Shown here: positions 39,427 through 52,193 of the stretch, one piece after another
Layout of the letters: each line of letters begins with the position of its first letter
Position numbering within the stretch: the stretch's first letter is position 1
Source of the DNA: Dipteris shenzhenensis
Lineage: Eukaryota
Assembly: GCA_047967505.1 (NCBI GenBank)
Contig: CM106538.1
Strand: one strand, 5' to 3'
Length of the DNA: 64,000 bases
Translations under genes and position numbers: made by a program
Notes under the pieces: generated by a model
Seen by the model: the letters and a program-made list of their open reading frames with translations, nothing else
What the model was told of the DNA's origin: nothing
Databases searched by the model: none

Positions 39427-41424
39427 AATAATAATCTGGTAGATCTTTTTCATTTAGCATGGCTCGAGATACCTCTCCAATATGCCTGTTTTTCCTTTCT
39501 ACAAGTCCATTTTGCTGTGGGGTATCACTACATGAATATTGCTTCTTTATGCCATGCTCCTGCAGGAACCTTGCAAACTCATTTGAGAGGTACTCTCCCC
39601 CTCCATCTGACCTTAGGCATTTTAATTGCAGGCCTGTTTCTTTTTCAACCATGGCTTTAAAAGCTTTGAAATGCCCAGACACTTCACTTTTCTTTTTCAT
39701 AAAATACACCCAAACTTTTCTGCTATAGTCATCAATAAAAGTGACAAAATAATGACAGCCTCCAATAGATGCAGCTTTAGTAGTCCACACATCAGAGTGG
39801 ATTAATTCTAATGGCTTCTTACTCTCTTGAACATGTCTAGGAAATGGTTTCCTTGCGTGTTTTCCAAATTGACCAAGCTTCACATAACTTATGCATTTTT
39901 GCAACCTTGAATTTAGGCAATCCTTCAACAATGTTTTGGGCCTACATTGATTTAAGTCATTGTACATTAACATGACCAATGCGTTTATGCCAGATATCAA
40001 TATCTGCAACTACACTGGTCCCATGTGCAAACATTGCTGCACTCAATTCAGGCATGTCCGCATCCAATGTAAACATCCTGCCCTTCTTCCTTCCTTTTAC
40101 TATCAAGTGACCGTTATTTTTCATATCCTCAAAAAAGCATCCATGAGGATTAAATCTGACCTGCAAGCCTTGCTCAACCATTTGACCAAGAGAAACCAAG
40201 TTCTTAGTGATATTCGGGACATGAAATATATCGGACATATATTTCTTTTTCCCATCGTGCATAGACAAAGGAATTTTACCAATCTGCACAATAGGATGTG
40301 CAATATTATCACCAGTCTCCACAAATCCTGGTTTTTCCATTTTCCTTGCATCCTGCATCCATTCTGCATGACCTGTCATGTGGTTTGATGCACCTGAGTC
40401 AACATACCACACATCATTGCATTCTTCTGCACTTGTCATAGAATTGGTCATGCTGCACCATGAACAGATGCTCATTTCTGTCATCACCCTGTCTACTAGA
40501 GGATGCATAATTGCCTTGCTGTAATTTTCCATTCATAATGTCATTCTGCTTTTTGTAGCAGTCTTTAGCCATATGACCCATTTTACCACAATAGTAGCAT
40601 TCAACATTGCTGTTTGCATTTTGGCCTCTCTTCCATCCACCACGACCTCTTTGGCTCCCCCTGCCTCTAGAGTTACCACGTCCTCCTCCAAAGGACTGGT
40701 TTTCTTAAGTTTGCTGCATATTCTGATTTCTACCACGGCCTCTAGATCGGCCTCCTCTACCTCTGCCTCTACCTCTTCCAGCATTTGAGTAGAAGATAGT
40801 TTCTTTTGAAGTTCCTCCTGAAGAAGATGCACAACCATTTCTCTGCTCTTTAGAAATTAGAAGAGCAAACAACTCCTTAAAATTAGGAAATTTTTCATGG
40901 ACGGCAATGGATGTCCGGAACTGTGCATATTTCTTTCCTAGATCATTCAAGGTCACAGAAACTAGATCATCATCTTCCATTGGCGACCCAATGGAAGCAA
41001 GTGCATCTGCAATTTTCTTCACCTTCATGTGGTAGTCATTGATGCTCATATTTTCTCTCTGCACATTGTGCAACTCCTGCTTGAGCTGCATTTTCCTGGC
41101 TTGCGTATTTGTGTTGTACATTTTTGCCAAAGTATCCCATGCCTCCTTTGGCGTACTTGCATCCTGAATATGCACAATCATAGAATCTGAAATATTGATA
41201 GACAGCCAGTACATAACTTTTCTGGCTCTCTCATGACATCCTTTAAATGCCTGCATTTCCTGTTGATTGGGAACATTAGGAAGAACTGGTTCTTCTTCAT
41301 TTCTTGTAATGAACTCCCAATAGCCTTTTCCTATAAGGAAATTCGTCATTTTAAACTTCCATGCTTGGAAGTTGTTCTTGTCAAGCTTTTCAGTGACAAT
41401 CTATGAAAGAGAATCAGACGCCAT
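39427..41424 (-). pseudogene. Element B gag, protease and integrase N-terminal half
   Basis: ATG at 41424; EKLDKNNFQAWK; knuckle; WYVDSGASNHMT; LIHSDVW; CLRSDGGGEY; TPQQNGLVERKNR. Contains stops and frameshifts. Confidence 0.93.
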
Positions 41425-42331
41425 TACAGAACACTGCAAAATATTCTGTCACTGCAAAAAACACGGCTTCTGCCTCACAAGGGCAAATTTGCAAAACTGA
41501 CAAAAGTGGTATTTGACCACACAGTCACTTCCTAATGACGATTTTGCATCAACTGACAGCAAGGATGATCTTGTAACTCCCAATATCTCTATGCACAGGT
41601 ATACGATGCAATTTCTGCGACAACTTTTTATCGACATGCAAAGCACTGGTCGCATAGCAAAAACAAGGCCTTTTTCTCAGTGCTTGCGGAGAACTTCCAC
41701 CTCCAAGACGGGCCCCGAAATGGCCTCGAATCAGAAAAACAAAGTCGCCAAGGGCTTTGCCCTTACCGCAGCATATATTGTCCTCTTGTTGCCACATTGC
41801 GAAGGGCGTCTCAATCTGAGACAATGTGCTCTTGCACTTTCCGGTTGTGCTACCTGCAAAGATTTTCTCCCAAACTCAAAAAAGGAAAGCAACACTGGTC
41901 CTCATACCTGGACACCGCGAACTTGGTTTGCTTTCTTGAGCTCCTTACCACGAACCAGGCTCTGATACCATGTGAAGATAGTGGGAGAGAAGGAAGGAGT
42001 CTCATTTGCAGCTTTCTCACATACACAATGGGGGAATACACACAAAGGTGGAGGCTGAAAACAGTTTTCCTCTTCTTAGTCGTGTAAGCCAAAAGAACTC
42101 TAGTACAAAGAAATAGAAGAACCCTATATGTGGGTCTCAAACCAAACTCAGCTAACTAAGGTGCCATACTAATTGAGTCACGAACTAGAGTACATAAGGA
42201 TAGCTGTCATCCAGCTATTATTCATGGGTGGTGTACCAACCGCATCTGCAGCTAACAAGTCGGTAACATAAATGCACAATGGTCACCCTAGCATATCACG
42301 AGTGGAGCTCGATATCTCAATAGGAGGGAGG

Positions 42332-42366
<35 letters not shown>

Positions 42367-42423
42367 CGGGGGGAGAGGGAGAGACAGAGACAGAGACTAA
42401 GAGACTAAGATATATAGATATAT

Positions 42424-42496
<73 letters not shown>

Positions 42497-42787
42497 CATG
42501 CTCCTACCTCGGAAGAAGTCTTTAAATGTCGGGCCACTGATGTGGGAAAAACCATGGTTAGGTTACAGAGCATAATCTCACACAAAGCAACAACAACCTA
42601 CACACATGAACAAAGATCAGCACGTAGGTCTTGAATATTGCATGCAGTTTCGATATCAATATATTGGGAGTGAGTAGGCTCTACGTAGCACATAGGTCTC
42701 TCTATACAATTATGGACATAAGAAAGGTCGAAGCAAACTATTGTAATTAAAGGATTACAAGCGCTAAATATTTTGGTGATAAAAACA

Positions 42788-43323
42788 ATATATCTCAGTT
42801 GGGCTTCTGGGTTAAAACAAGGGTCGACGCAAGGTAAGAGGCTATCCACAAGAAAGTAGGAGGCATTCAAGGAAGGTCAAGCAAGTTGGGATAAGATGCA
42901 TGGGTCGCATTGGGCTTTGATGGACTCAAAGTCAAGGCACAATGCAGTTTGGGATGAGCATGCAAGCAATGGGATGTCAAAGTGATCACATGCTAGAAGC
43001 TTATTAGTGAGGTGCTTTGTATCCATATTTTGAGTAGTTGTGGGAATAGAAGGAACACCAAAAAAATATATATCTCGGTTGGGCTTCTGGGTGAAAACAA
43101 CAGTCAACGCAAGGTAAGAGGCTATCCACAAGAACGTAGGAGGCATTCAAGGAAGGTCGAGCAAGCTGGGATAAGATGCATGGGTTGCATTGGGCTTTGA
43201 CGGACTCAAAGTTGATGAGCATGCAAGCAATGGGATGTCAAAGTGATCACATGCTGGAAGCTGATTAGTGAGGTGCTCTGTATCCATATTCGGAGTAGTG
43301 GCGGGAATAGAAGGAACACCAAA
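42788..43323. repeat. Tandem duplication of a ~275-bp unit
   Basis: ATATATCTCRGTTGGGCTTCTGGG...GAAGGAACACCAAA at about 42788-43062 and 43067-43323; the second copy lacks ~20 bp. Confidence 0.9.
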
Positions 43324-44137
43324 TCTTTGTTGTGGTAGTCATCTATTTATGTTCCCTCTTTAGCCAAGCAAAGGGGGGGGAAGAAGGAATAGTAGGAGAA
43401 GTAGCAGGCAGTGGAAGCTATGGTTGACAAACTTGCAAGAGAGGGGTATCCCCAGTATCCCGAATCTCACCGTGACCGATTTCCTAGGAATCACATGAAT
43501 CAACATGACATGCTTTGAGGGAGGTTGATGCAGGATGCGAGTGGATAGATCCGGCAAGCTGGCTGATAGAAAGGTTGAGTACTCTAAGGCCAATTCGGAG
43601 GTATAGTATGTCTTACATGCTATTTGGGTCTTATGGTTTTGAATATTTACATGCTTGAGCTCTCCTTGAGCCATTAGCATGGATGGAAGGGTATGGGACT
43701 ACAAATTAGAGATGTAGAGAAGATGAGCTTTTGAAAATTCCACAATGGAGGGAAAGAGAAATGGAAGTTGGAAAGGATAATCTCCTTGCAAACACTACAT
43801 GTGAATGGATTGGTTGCCAAGAGAAGCAAATTCAATCCTTGCCAGCTCTCGAGCCATGGAGGCAGAGGACTAGATAGCAATTCCCTTCCAGTGAAAGAGA
43901 GGTAATGGATGTAACATTTTGGGAGGTTGCCAATTTATTGATTGTACGCAAGCTCAATGATTTGCAAGTGCAAGATACCAATGAACAAGTTCTGGTCCAG
44001 CAAGAGCTCTATCAAACCTTTGAGTTTGTTGTGAGCCTCTATGCAGCAAGCAAGCAAGCAAACATCAACAAGTGAGGAGTCGAAGGAGGATCATCTTGCT
44101 CCTCAATCCTCCTCCTCCTTCCATTTGTTTTGTAGGG

Positions 44138-44171
<34 letters not shown>

Positions 44172-44659
44172 AAATACAAATATAAATAAGTAAATCAGAC
44201 TTTTCCCTCCATCTTATGTGTGTGTGTGTAAACACTTACTTTTATATCTATAAATATATATATATATATAGATGTGTTAGTCTGTAAGTGAACTCTTAGA
44301 AAGAGAAAATAAGTGTTTGTCCACTTCTTCAATAATCATTGTTGCCTAAGGACATTACTCTTGAACACCTCAATAAGGAGAGCTTTTTCATCATGTGAGT
44401 AAGAGCCTTGATCATGTCTTAGTGTTTCATATCACAAAAGGCTTCCAAGGGGATGTGTCTTGAAGAGGATGGGCCTTCCCTAAAGACTTCAAACAACTAT
44501 ATTCAAAGATTGCTAGAGTTAAGAGAAGTGGCTGACATCCCTTGAAAGAAGTTATCCTTTTTTGAAACTTCTTTCCCAATTGAAAGCAATGACAAGGATT
44601 AACATAGATCCAAAGAAACATGAGATTTATAAATAAAATCTTAAATTGTATTCCTTGAA

Positions 44660-46215
44660 ATGAAAGGGAGCCTAGGATCCAACCTTGAGAGCGAGTTCGT
44701 CTTAGACCCATGGCAAAAACTGGACTGTTTGCCAACGAGGGCTGAGAAAATGGGCAAACTGGCGCGCATGAAGAACTGGCTGTGCAGGTTGGAGACGGTT
44801 CCACTAGTATTGAAGGCCCTGCACAGGCAGAACTCACCGGTATTGTCGGGCGGAAGGAAGAAGACGAGGATCATCCCCTTGATACGGACGACTGTCCTGA
44901 TAAAGAATATTTCGAACGCTACACTGCGAATTATGGGCCTACAAAACACTACTGGTATCATCTTGCGGTCATTGTTATCTGGCCAAAAAGCTTAAGTTCG
45001 ATAAAGATTGCTTGCTCTGGGGGATTCTTGGGAGGATTGAACTTGGTGGAATGCAAGCACGAGATGAAAGCTCCAGAAACTGCAAGGAGTGTGCGAGAGC
45101 TGCTTGAATTTTGTAGACAGAATCCGAGCAAAGTATGGAGCGAAGTACCGTTCCACTCTTATGATGAAATACCAAAGGGAGGCGTTACTTGTCGATTAAT
45201 GAGGCTTTGTCTGATGGCAGGAAAAGTCGATGATGTGCTTCGGCTCTTGGAGATGCTAGGACAGGATTTTCAAACCAACCCACCCTCGACTGAGAAGTGG
45301 TATGAAGGAGTCGCAAGTGTGGACGTTGCAAAGGTGCTTGCTTCGGCAGTGGAGTCTCATGGGTGGGATGTGTAGAGCAATTCCATTGAGAAGCTTCTCC
45401 TTGGATCACGGATAATGGCAGAAGGTGAATCCTATGCGAACCTTGCACTTGCCCTTGGGTCACTCGGATGCCACGATGCTGCAGTTGCTATTGCGAACAA
45501 GACATTTGTGCTTATGTGTGGATGTGCCATTCGTGAATTTTCAGCCCCTGCCACAGCTGCCATGGCGATGATGCTATTCTTGTTGCTTCAAGAGCATGCT
45601 CCGACGTTTGTGAGTCGTATGCAGGAGGTTGAGACCAATACGTTGTGTTTTATAGTCATTCAATTGAAGATGGCTGCTACAAAGATCATCCGTTTGAAAG
45701 AAGATCCAAACTTGCTCACTCTTTTTTCAAATCTATGTCACATAATAACAAGAGACTTTCATACTCCAACGGTCACCTACATGGCTAGCGTTATTGTGGA
45801 GGTGATGGGCATCTTTCTCTGGCTGGAAAATGCATCATTGGTGGATGGACTAGCACAAGGACTAGTGCAGCAATCTAGACGAGCAAGAACCAAATCCTTG
45901 TGAAGCTGTTGGTGGATGCTGATAGCCTTTGGCAGAAGGCGATGGGCACAACCATCAGAACAAAAGCACTAAGATGTTTGGCCGATGAGCGGATACATGA
46001 GCTCTCAAGTCAGCTAAAGCCAGTTCAATTGGCGTCAGCCTTCAGCAAGGCTTTCTCAACATCCGGAAGTGGAGGCTTTGCTAAGGTGGTCCCCTTGAGA
46101 GGTATATCTACACTGGTCTCAGTGACCTACCTCATGCTCGTAACTTTGCTGCCAAGTACTTTCATGGGAAATTTCAGGATGGCTACAGTGCGAGGGGACA
46201 AGCGGAAGGACGTTT
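44660..46215 (+). pseudogene. Truncated, intronless pseudogene resembling the C-terminal part of Fe2OG dioxygenase-domain proteins (PTHR33099-like)
   Basis: PDKEYFERYTANYGPTKHYWYHLAVIVIWPK matches the post-catalytic Y/ATGNEG...WY.RAALV.WP motif. Across frameshifts near 46020-46210 it reads FNWRQPSARLSQHPEVEALLR and YTGLSDLPHARNFAAKYF...GYSARGQAEGR. Stops at 45373 and 45901. The catalytic domain is not seen. Confidence 0.65.
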
Positions 46216-47639
46216 CCCCATCAATTTTGAAGAGGAGCCACAGAAGTAGAGACATTGCGTGACTTGATGGGTTGTGAGTTCAGCATCAATTCTCAATGGG
46301 CCTTTCGTGCAGCAAGACACATCTACACAGTAGCACATCGGCTCTTTCTTGGCAAAGCTGTCTTTTTGGCATTGTTGTGAAGAATTCGTTGCGAGAGGTT
46401 TCTTGTTAGAATGGAGAGCAGTGAGAGCGAGGAAGAGGATAAAGATGAAGATGAACTTGGACTACTAGTATTTGAGCTCTGACAAGCTATGAGAGAAGAA
46501 ATGGAAGAATGAAGGTAGGACTTCATAAAAAGGAGAGATGAATGATTGAAGGCGCATAAGCTGCAGCAAGGAAGTATTGATGATGAGACATGCATTTTGT
46601 TTACATCAGGTTCAGGCCCTTGCCACAATGTCGGGATAAAAGAGTTCTGCTAACTTCCACAACATCTTTAGTAACTACATTTTGTCTTGTTGTTGTAAGT
46701 CATGCAAGAAAAAACTCGAGCCTTTGATTGCCTTTCTACGAATTTGCTCGAAATGCATCTGTGCCATCAATCCCCTTACAATTCACCTCTGGAGAAATTG
46801 GAGGCTGTTGAGTTTGCAGGATCACAAGCAGGGCAGCTTTTGCTATTCTCAGGAGAGCTTTGATGTTAAATTTGGTATTCTTCAACGTTGAGTAATATTC
46901 CACTCCATAGCTACGCTTTAATAATTGGCAGTGTGTTTTAATTTATGATGTACAAACCAGCAAGTTAGAGCAGAGGCTTTTCGATATCGCCCTGTCGAAA
47001 GGTGTATTGCAAGTTTCCACCCAGACAGGAATGAGATCTGTCTACTAAACTGAGCGATTCTTTGATATCAGTAGTGCATTAGATGTGCATGATGAAAGGA
47101 CTCTGTTGCAAGGCTTGTTACGTAATGAAAGTGTCAGTTAAAAAAGGTGTTAAACGTCAAATTAAAGTAGAAATCAAGCATTTCAATATAGATATAGAAC
47201 ATATTTACTGTGGGGATTAAAAAGTACTTTAAAATAGTAGACATGATGTCAACTAGTGTCATATCCACTCATATCCACACAAGAAATACACAGATAATGA
47301 TACCATCAATGTAAGAGCAAAGTGCTAGAGAGCTGGAAAGCATAAGCCCACTGATGATGACTCTGATCCAGATGATGGTGTTGAACTGAGCTTGACAATC
47401 TAAGCAATGCCTTAGAGGTTGAAGCAGCTCCTGTACATTATTGTTGACACATCCAAAGTTTCAGCCAAGACTGCCAGTGAGGAACAGTGTTTTCGTGGGA
47501 GAGACTTTCGCTGCTAACCAAAGATGAAAGGGTGAACTTGGAGCTTCCCAAGATCAATATATTGAGAACATCAGTCATGGAGATGGAAGCTTTGGTAAAA
47601 AATCTAAAGACAGATTATATAGATCACTGAGAAGATTAT

Positions 47640-47747
47640 AGACTAGTGATGGACATTGGGTGAAGTTAAAGATGCAGCGTACTCTCAACATGGTGATTAT
47701 ATGTCATTCTGCCTCTTTGATGTGCTAAACAAGGTGATCTTGATTCA
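47640..47747 (+). pseudogene. Decayed PPR-like fragment interrupted by the LINE; continues at about 54991-55140
   Basis: AAYSQHGDYMSFCLFDVL before the LINE TSD and YDQLGHGTKVLKFLDK after it resemble PPR helices. Confidence 0.4.
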
Positions 47748-48059
47748 TTTTTTTTTGCCGAAAAAACAGTGCTAATTATATTACTTCGAGAACAAGATAC
47801 AAAAGGTCAGCTTGTAGCTGACGGGCTGCGTTCACAAATCGGACACAGCCCTAAAAGGTAACACAATAAATCACTCTCTCACGTCGGGATAAGGCGAGTG
47901 TGAATCAACAGCCATGGGGTGGTGAGTAGCGCCACCGAAGGCCCTGCGAAGTCTGCTCGAAGAAGAGGCCCTGAGTGTTCCAAGCCCGGAGGAAGCGTCT
48001 CCGCTTCTCTTGACCGGACCGGGAATCTCCCTGAATCTGGAATAATCTCGCACCAAATA

Positions 48060-51000
48060 TCAGTCATGATCTGGGCAGTCGATAAGGAGGTGCCACCGAG
48101 GATTTGCGCAACGCGAGGTCCAAATGTGCGACCCTGCTATGCTGCTAATAATCTCCCAGACTGGCTGCCTCTCCTGAAATCCTGTATCCGCCTCTGCTAG
48201 GTGCTGCGGGATACCCTCGAGCGGCCCCCATGTACCCTGCATGATAAGGAAAGTGGGGTCCTGCTGGCATACCTCGAATAAGTGATGTAGACCAGGTGCG
48301 GTGCTGCACCAACAGAACGCGCCCCACGTGATCAAGCCTAGCTCTGGTGCTGCGCGAGTGAGAATCCCGAAAGTCCACCTCCACACTTCCTGGGCGCGAG
48401 TGCAGCTCCACAGGTAGTGTTTTGGTGACTCCTCAACCTCATGGCAGATCTGACAGCGTCCGTCCTGGCCTATCTGTCTCAACCAGCTCCCCACCGGAAG
48501 ACCTTTGTGGGCGAGAAGCCACAGGAAGTAGGAGATCTTCCGCGGCCGCCAGCTCTCCCACAAGGCCTTCCAGAAGGCCTTTAAAAAGAATCTGGAAATA
48601 CCCTGTGCATACCAACTGGGCCGCTGGGTGGGGGGGCGGCTCTGCATCCTCCCAAGAACTCGCATGCCCAAAGTCGTGCTGTAGGCAAAGGAGGTCGGCC
48701 CCTGTCCTGTCACAACCTCTGGCCAGCTCCACTCTCCTGGGTCCCAATCAAGCTCTGACAAGGCCCGCCCCTTCCAGAGCCAGAGTCGCCAAAGCTGCAG
48801 CTGATCCTGCTCAATGCTAGGATCGGTACGCCAGACCTTCCCCAAAAGGCCTACGATCCGAACCCTCTGCCATGGGAGTAGGGGGTCGATGAGTGCATCC
48901 TCTCTCCTGAGTCGTCCATCCCCCATAACCGCGAAGATAGAAATAGAGGAGTCGTCCATACGTCCTGCGACCACCAGTGGGATGCCACGGGGGGTGAACT
49001 GTCCCAGCCAACGGTCGTCACCAGGCAAGAGGATCTGAGGCTCAGGTGGAACCAACCAATCAGCTGGAATCGCACCGTCGATCTCCGTGCGTCTCGCCTG
49101 GGCTCCACGTGCACCTCCAGCTGCATCTGCGAGATCAGCCGTCTCCAAATGTCTGTACGTGTCCCTCCAAACTCGAAGGGACCGGGCTGGCTCCCTCATC
49201 CAACCATCCCACTTGATATGTGATCTCTCCCCCAACTGAAGGCCCTCGGCATCTCTGACCTGATCATTCCAGATAAGCGGCTGGCGATCGATCTCCTCCT
49301 GACAGCGGGGAGGGGACTGAATGAGACTGAGGCGGAGCCGCCTCAGCGGGGAGGGGACTGAATGAGACTGAGGCGGAGCCGCCTCCAAACCATGAGGAGG
49401 CTACGAACGAGTGGGGAACGGGGCTGAGTAAGCGGGGCGGAAGTGAAGATCCACCTGAGGGACAGGAGCCACTCTCCACCTCGGCGCGGGACACAAGAAC
49501 CGACCCCCTGCTGAAGTAGCATCTTCCACGTCTGCCCCCCCGGGGTCAAACCGCGGATGACTAACTTGCCTAACAAGGCCTGACTCTGCAGCTCTGGATC
49601 GATGACTCCCAGGCCTCCCTCAGCCTGCGGAAGAATAACTATCTGCCAAGCAACCCTGGCTCTGGTATCTCTGAGGCCATCCTCCCCAGACCAGAGGAAG
49701 TTCCGAACCAGCCTCCTAAGCTGTGCCACACTGGATCTCGAGAAACACCAACAGGAAGCCACATACCAAGCCGTGGCGAGGACTTGGTTGACTACCAAGG
49801 CACGACCTGCAAGGGAAAGCTTAGCAGTGCTCCAGAAAGCCAGCTTCCGTCGGGTGGAATCTAGCACCGGGAGAAACTGCTGAGCTGGCGTGATGTCTAG
49901 GCCGACCTGTGAGGAAACCAACTGATTTGTTCCAATTGATTTTCGCACCAGCAGCCGAGCAGAAGACCTCCAGGGCCATCCTCACCCTCTCCAGCATCAA
50001 CTCATCGTCCTGGACATACAGGGCTGTGTCATCCGCGTACTCCGAGTCCAAGAGCTCCGTGTCCTCCCGGAGGGGAAGGCGAACACCCCTGATCCCTGTA
50101 GACCTCGCCCGGAGGTAGTAAGTCATAACCTCGGCGAAGAAGAGAAACAGGTAAGGAGCAAGGGGGCAGCCCTGACGCACTGATCTCTCCAAGCTAAAAC
50201 GCTCACCCATCCTGCCTCCAATGATGACTCTGCTAGAAGCTGTCCTGTACAAAGCTGAAATACCCTGAATCCAACCTGCTGAGAAACCTAGCCGCTCCAG
50301 AGTCCCCTCCAGAAAGGACCAGTCCACCCGATCGTAGGCCTTCTCAAAGTCGAGAAGTAGGATGGCAAGGTGTGATCCGCTGTGCTGAGCCCACTCCGCC
50401 GCCTCTGAAAAGGTGAAGACATTATCCAGGATACTGCGATCCTGGACAAAGCCTGTCTGAGTGTCATGAATGAGGTCTGGAAGTAGAGGCCGAACTCTGG
50501 CGCTGATCATCTTGGCTAGGATTTTGTAGGCAATGGTAAGGAGAGTGATCGGGCGCCACTGACGGATCTCCTGTCTATCTCTTCCCTTCGGGATGAGGCA
50601 AATCAGTCCCGAGGAGAGGCTCTCTGGCATATAACCGCTGCTGAAAATCCTCTGAAGAGCTGCTAGGAGGGGCTGATGGATCTAGTCCCAAAAGGAGGTG
50701 AAGAATGCCCGGGATAGCCCATCCTCACCTTGGCACTTCTGTCCATCGATGGCCATCAAGGCCTCCAGCATCTCATCCATGGTAAACGGTGCCAACAGCG
50801 TCGCCTGCATGCTAGGCTGGACCAAGGAAGGAGTGTGTCTCCACACCTCCTCACGGGCACGACGAGTACGAGGAGCAAGCGGCTCCTGCTGGAAGAGGGT
50901 CCTGTAGAAGTCGATGGCCAATCCCAAGACCTCTCCCGGATCCGTAACGATGTGTCCCTCCGCTGTCCTGAGACTCCGAAGCTGATCACCTGCAGCTCTC

Positions 51001-52193
51001 TGGCCATGTGTCCTAAAGAACTCCCTGCACATCCGGTCACCCTTCCGAGCCCAGAAGGAGAGAGAGGCGTGATAGGAAAACTCTGAGCGACGCTGGAGTG
51101 TCTCCTCAAGAAGGGCTCTGGCTCGAAGGGCCTGGATCCGAAGCTCCTTCGAGCCCGGGGATGCCTGCTGGAGCCGCTGAATGGAGGCGAGGTCCCTCTG
51201 AAGAGCTCTCTCTCTACCCCACCACTCCTGTCGAACCTGTAGGGCTGCGAGCTGGCAGATCTGGCTGGACTCCTGCAAAGCCTGCGCCACCGAATCAACC
51301 AAATCTGCGCACTTGCCCCAGTCTCTATCCCAAAGACTGCAAATACTACTGCGCATGTCCTCCCTCGAGAAAATGGAGTCGGGAATCCGGCATGAGCGGG
51401 GGGGAAGGGCCTGAGCTGCCGAATCTAATGATAAGAGCACAGGCGCATGGTCGGAGAGTGTCGTCCCTAGAACTATACCGGCCTGACCGCCTCTGCTGAT
51501 GGCCCAATCACTAACATAAAATCTATCTAGCCTCTCCAGGAGTCTGCCTCCTTCCCTGCGGAAACCCCACGAGAAGTCCAAGCTCCCATGCCAACGCCGG
51601 AAGGACGGGTCTCGCCAACAGTCCCTTCCTCCTGTCGCAAAGATAAAAGAGTCCCAAGCGGACTGCTCTGCCTGAGACATACCTGTAAACTCCGGTCCTC
51701 TGCCCTGCTGGTCCTCCAAGGTCTCCAAATTGTTGAAGTCACCTCCAACAATCCAAGAATCCATGTCTGGGAGAATCCCTGTAAGTGTCCTCCAGAAGGT
51801 GGCTCTACAACGGAGATCTGTGGGAGCATAAATGTTGAGAATTCCAACTCTGGAGCCCTCCAATTCCAGGCCTACCCAAAGGGCACGACCTGGAATCAAC
51901 GTGCCATGACCGAAAACTCCCTGGGCTAGCTGCTCTCCCACGGAAGTACAGACACCACCACTCCTCCCCAGTGCGTCGATCGAGGGTTCCCAATAAGTGT
52001 GAGAGCGACCAGGGAGGATCTTCCCGCATCTACGGGAGTGAGCCGCCGAAAGCTTGTGTTCCTGGAGCAGAAGTACATCCAAACGTCCAATCACTGCTGG
52101 CTGAAGTTCCTGTCTCAAAATGAGCTTCCTAGGACCACGGGTGCCAGAAGAGTGAAACCCGTTCACATTCCAGGATACGAGGTGTAGGGTCAT
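48060..52193 (-). pseudogene. LINE ORF2 (APE endonuclease, RT, zf-RVT), disrupted
   Basis: Motifs LVSWNVNG, LLLQEHK, GGDFN, RLDRFY, LSDHAPV; LLDFEKAYD, RQGCPLAP, YADD; CQICHEVEESPKHYLWSC. Stop at 50682, deletion/frameshift near 49910, 41-bp tandem duplication 49303-49384. Confidence 0.93.

Larger units (their letters stand above)
24200..42322 (-). mobile_element. Ty1/Copia element, family B (short-LTR, Ale/Ivana-like), 5552 bp once nested insertions are removed
   Basis: 352-bp LTRs 41971-42322 (5'; terminal TG mutated to TA) and 24200-24551 (3'), about 17 differences; TSD GGAGG (24195-24199 and 42323-42327); PBS TGGTATCAGAGC at 41970-41959; PPT (CTCCCCCTC on +) at 24552-24560. Confidence 0.95.

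Noticed and set aside
42788-43323. Direct repeats as the LTRs of a TRIM
   Set aside because: The copies are adjacent, with no PBS, PPT, TG...CA ends or TSD.
43400-44000. Possible old LINE ORF1 fragment on the minus strand
   Set aside because: Too degenerate; no diagnostic motif recovered.
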